Origin: Asterias rubens
Taxonomy: Eukaryota
Direction: 5' to 3'
Assembly (NCBI RefSeq): GCF_902459465.1
Contig: NC_047072.1
Coordinates: 9,300,001-9,364,000, forward strand
Length of the DNA: 64,000 nt
Below the pieces are notes generated by a model. The model had not been told where the DNA came from. It saw nothing but the letters and a program-made list of their open reading frames with translations, and did no database searches. Of this stretch, positions 62,631 to 64,000 are shown piece by piece; position 1 is the first letter of the stretch, and every line of letters begins with the position of its first letter. The position numbers were made by a program, and so were the translations under genes.

Positions 62631-63590
62631 ATGCCATAGGATGTTTCTTGTACAGCAAGCCTCATTATGGGGCATTGTTTATCGCAGTTTCATGCTTTGA
62701 ATACTTAAAATAAAGTTTTCCAAGTTTGTGGCATTAATTGCTAGCAGTAAATTTAGTCATATGCTAGTCGATTTTACGGTGCGGATTTTTGTGTTCAAAT
62801 GAAAGTTGCACATAGCAAACGGTCACACTAATGGGTTACTTTCAAACCTCAAACAACTTCTTAGTTCTACACAAAGTTACCCGGAACTCTGGACATAAAA
62901 ACGGAAAATTCTTGATGATTCTCTTGTAACACTCTGTACCTGCCGACATGTTTGTTATAACCCCCAAAAGTCGTGTGCTTCGAGCATGGTCGTTTGCTCT
63001 TAAACGTTTTCGTTTTAAACTGACACCATGGAACAATGTCAGTTGGCAAACTTGCCTCCCTCCATTAACACCAAAGAAAATGTCAGTATTATACTAAAGA
63101 ATGGCTTCAATAATATTATACCCCAAATAGACTGTCATCAGTCACGCCCGTGACACCCTTGCACTTTTCCATGATGATGAAAGGCTCAGCTATCGGCTAA
63201 ATCTACGTTAAGCAATATATATAAAGTTGTGTTCATTGTGTGTCTGTTGTGGGTATGAAACCGGTAGATTTTTATCACACGAACATGTGCCCCCCCCCCT
63301 CCCAACAAATAGCTATACACTGTGCTTTCAAATTGTAAAAATAACATTCCTGGAAAAGCCTGCAAGATCTACACCAAATGCCCTTATCCATTGTTAAATT
63401 CTATTATAAATGAATGGCTGTGGAAAATAAGTGCTGAATGAGTCCTGTATGATTGATTGAATTTTAAGCACATGATCGATCTTGTGGGATACTTCTAAAG
63501 TAACTATGCGTGGGGCCACACACCTTTCAAAATGACTTTTTCGCTCCCATTGGTTTTGTACGGAAGGGTATGGCCGCAAAATGAATAATT

Positions 63591-63777
63591 TTTATCTCAG
63601 TTATTGTGTACGTACACGATAACTTATTGTGTACGTACACGATAAATCCAAACTTATCATGTACATACACGATAACTTATCATGTACGTACACGATAATA
63701 AGTTTGGATTTAACACGATAAGTTATCGAGTACGTACATGATAAGTTATTGTGTACGTACACAATAAGCGAGATAAC
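63591..63777. repeat. Array of self-complementary 22-mers (ttatcgtgtacgtacacgataa) in an overall mirrored arrangement
   Basis: About 6 units plus inverted spacers aatccaaactta / taagtttggatt; the same motif occurs at about 44805-44881. Confidence 0.85.
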
Positions 63778-64000
63778 TGTGGACCTTTCGCGAATACCCC
63801 GGGTATAATGTGTCTTCAGTCACTCTGTGTATAAATATGCTTTGTTCTATAAACCCAATGAAAATCCTTTGTTTTCAGCGTTGATCACCTTGTGTTGACG
63901 TGTGTAAGTCCACATAGTGTTTAAAAACTCTTGCCTTATGTGGACCTCTTTTATTCTCAGGTCCACACATTGCTTACCCATGCTTTCAATTAGAAGGTAT

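Noticed and set aside
63591-63777. CRISPR-like appearance of the repeat array
   Set aside because: Eukaryotic intron, no unique spacers, no cas genes.

Overview
This is intron-rich, AT-rich animal genomic DNA, probably from an invertebrate deuterostome. A sea-star-like echinoderm is my inference from the repeat landscape and is not proven. Seven protein-coding genes were assembled by hand from splice sites and reading frame: TMEM35/NACHO exon 1 (-, partial; absent from the ORF track), WDR3/UTP12 (+, 23 coding exons, 943 aa), an OST-alpha/SLC51A-like transporter (-, 7 exons, 386 aa), an mGluR-like class C GPCR (+, 5 exons, 922 aa), a BHMT-family homocysteine methyltransferase (-, 7 exons, 364 aa), GET1/WRB (+, 4 exons, 176 aa; mostly invisible in the ORF track) and exon 1 of an M1 aminopeptidase (+, partial). 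Introns and intergenic DNA carry about 20 TTAA-flanked (Kolobok-like) MITE copies, other foldback MITEs, tRNA-headed SINEs and LINE 3' ends. No rRNA, true tRNA or CRISPR array was seen. The most interesting points are: a class C GPCR lacking the glutamate side-chain-binding residues, with an in-frame retainable intron in TM4; a triplicated splice acceptor with two stop-containing decoys in WDR3; a non-vertebrate-type BHMT; a very tight head-to-head promoter at about 2 kb; and Helitron-like GCGAAGC hairpins. I see no clear evidence for one wholly new multi-gene system. All family assignments come from recalled motifs, not database searches.
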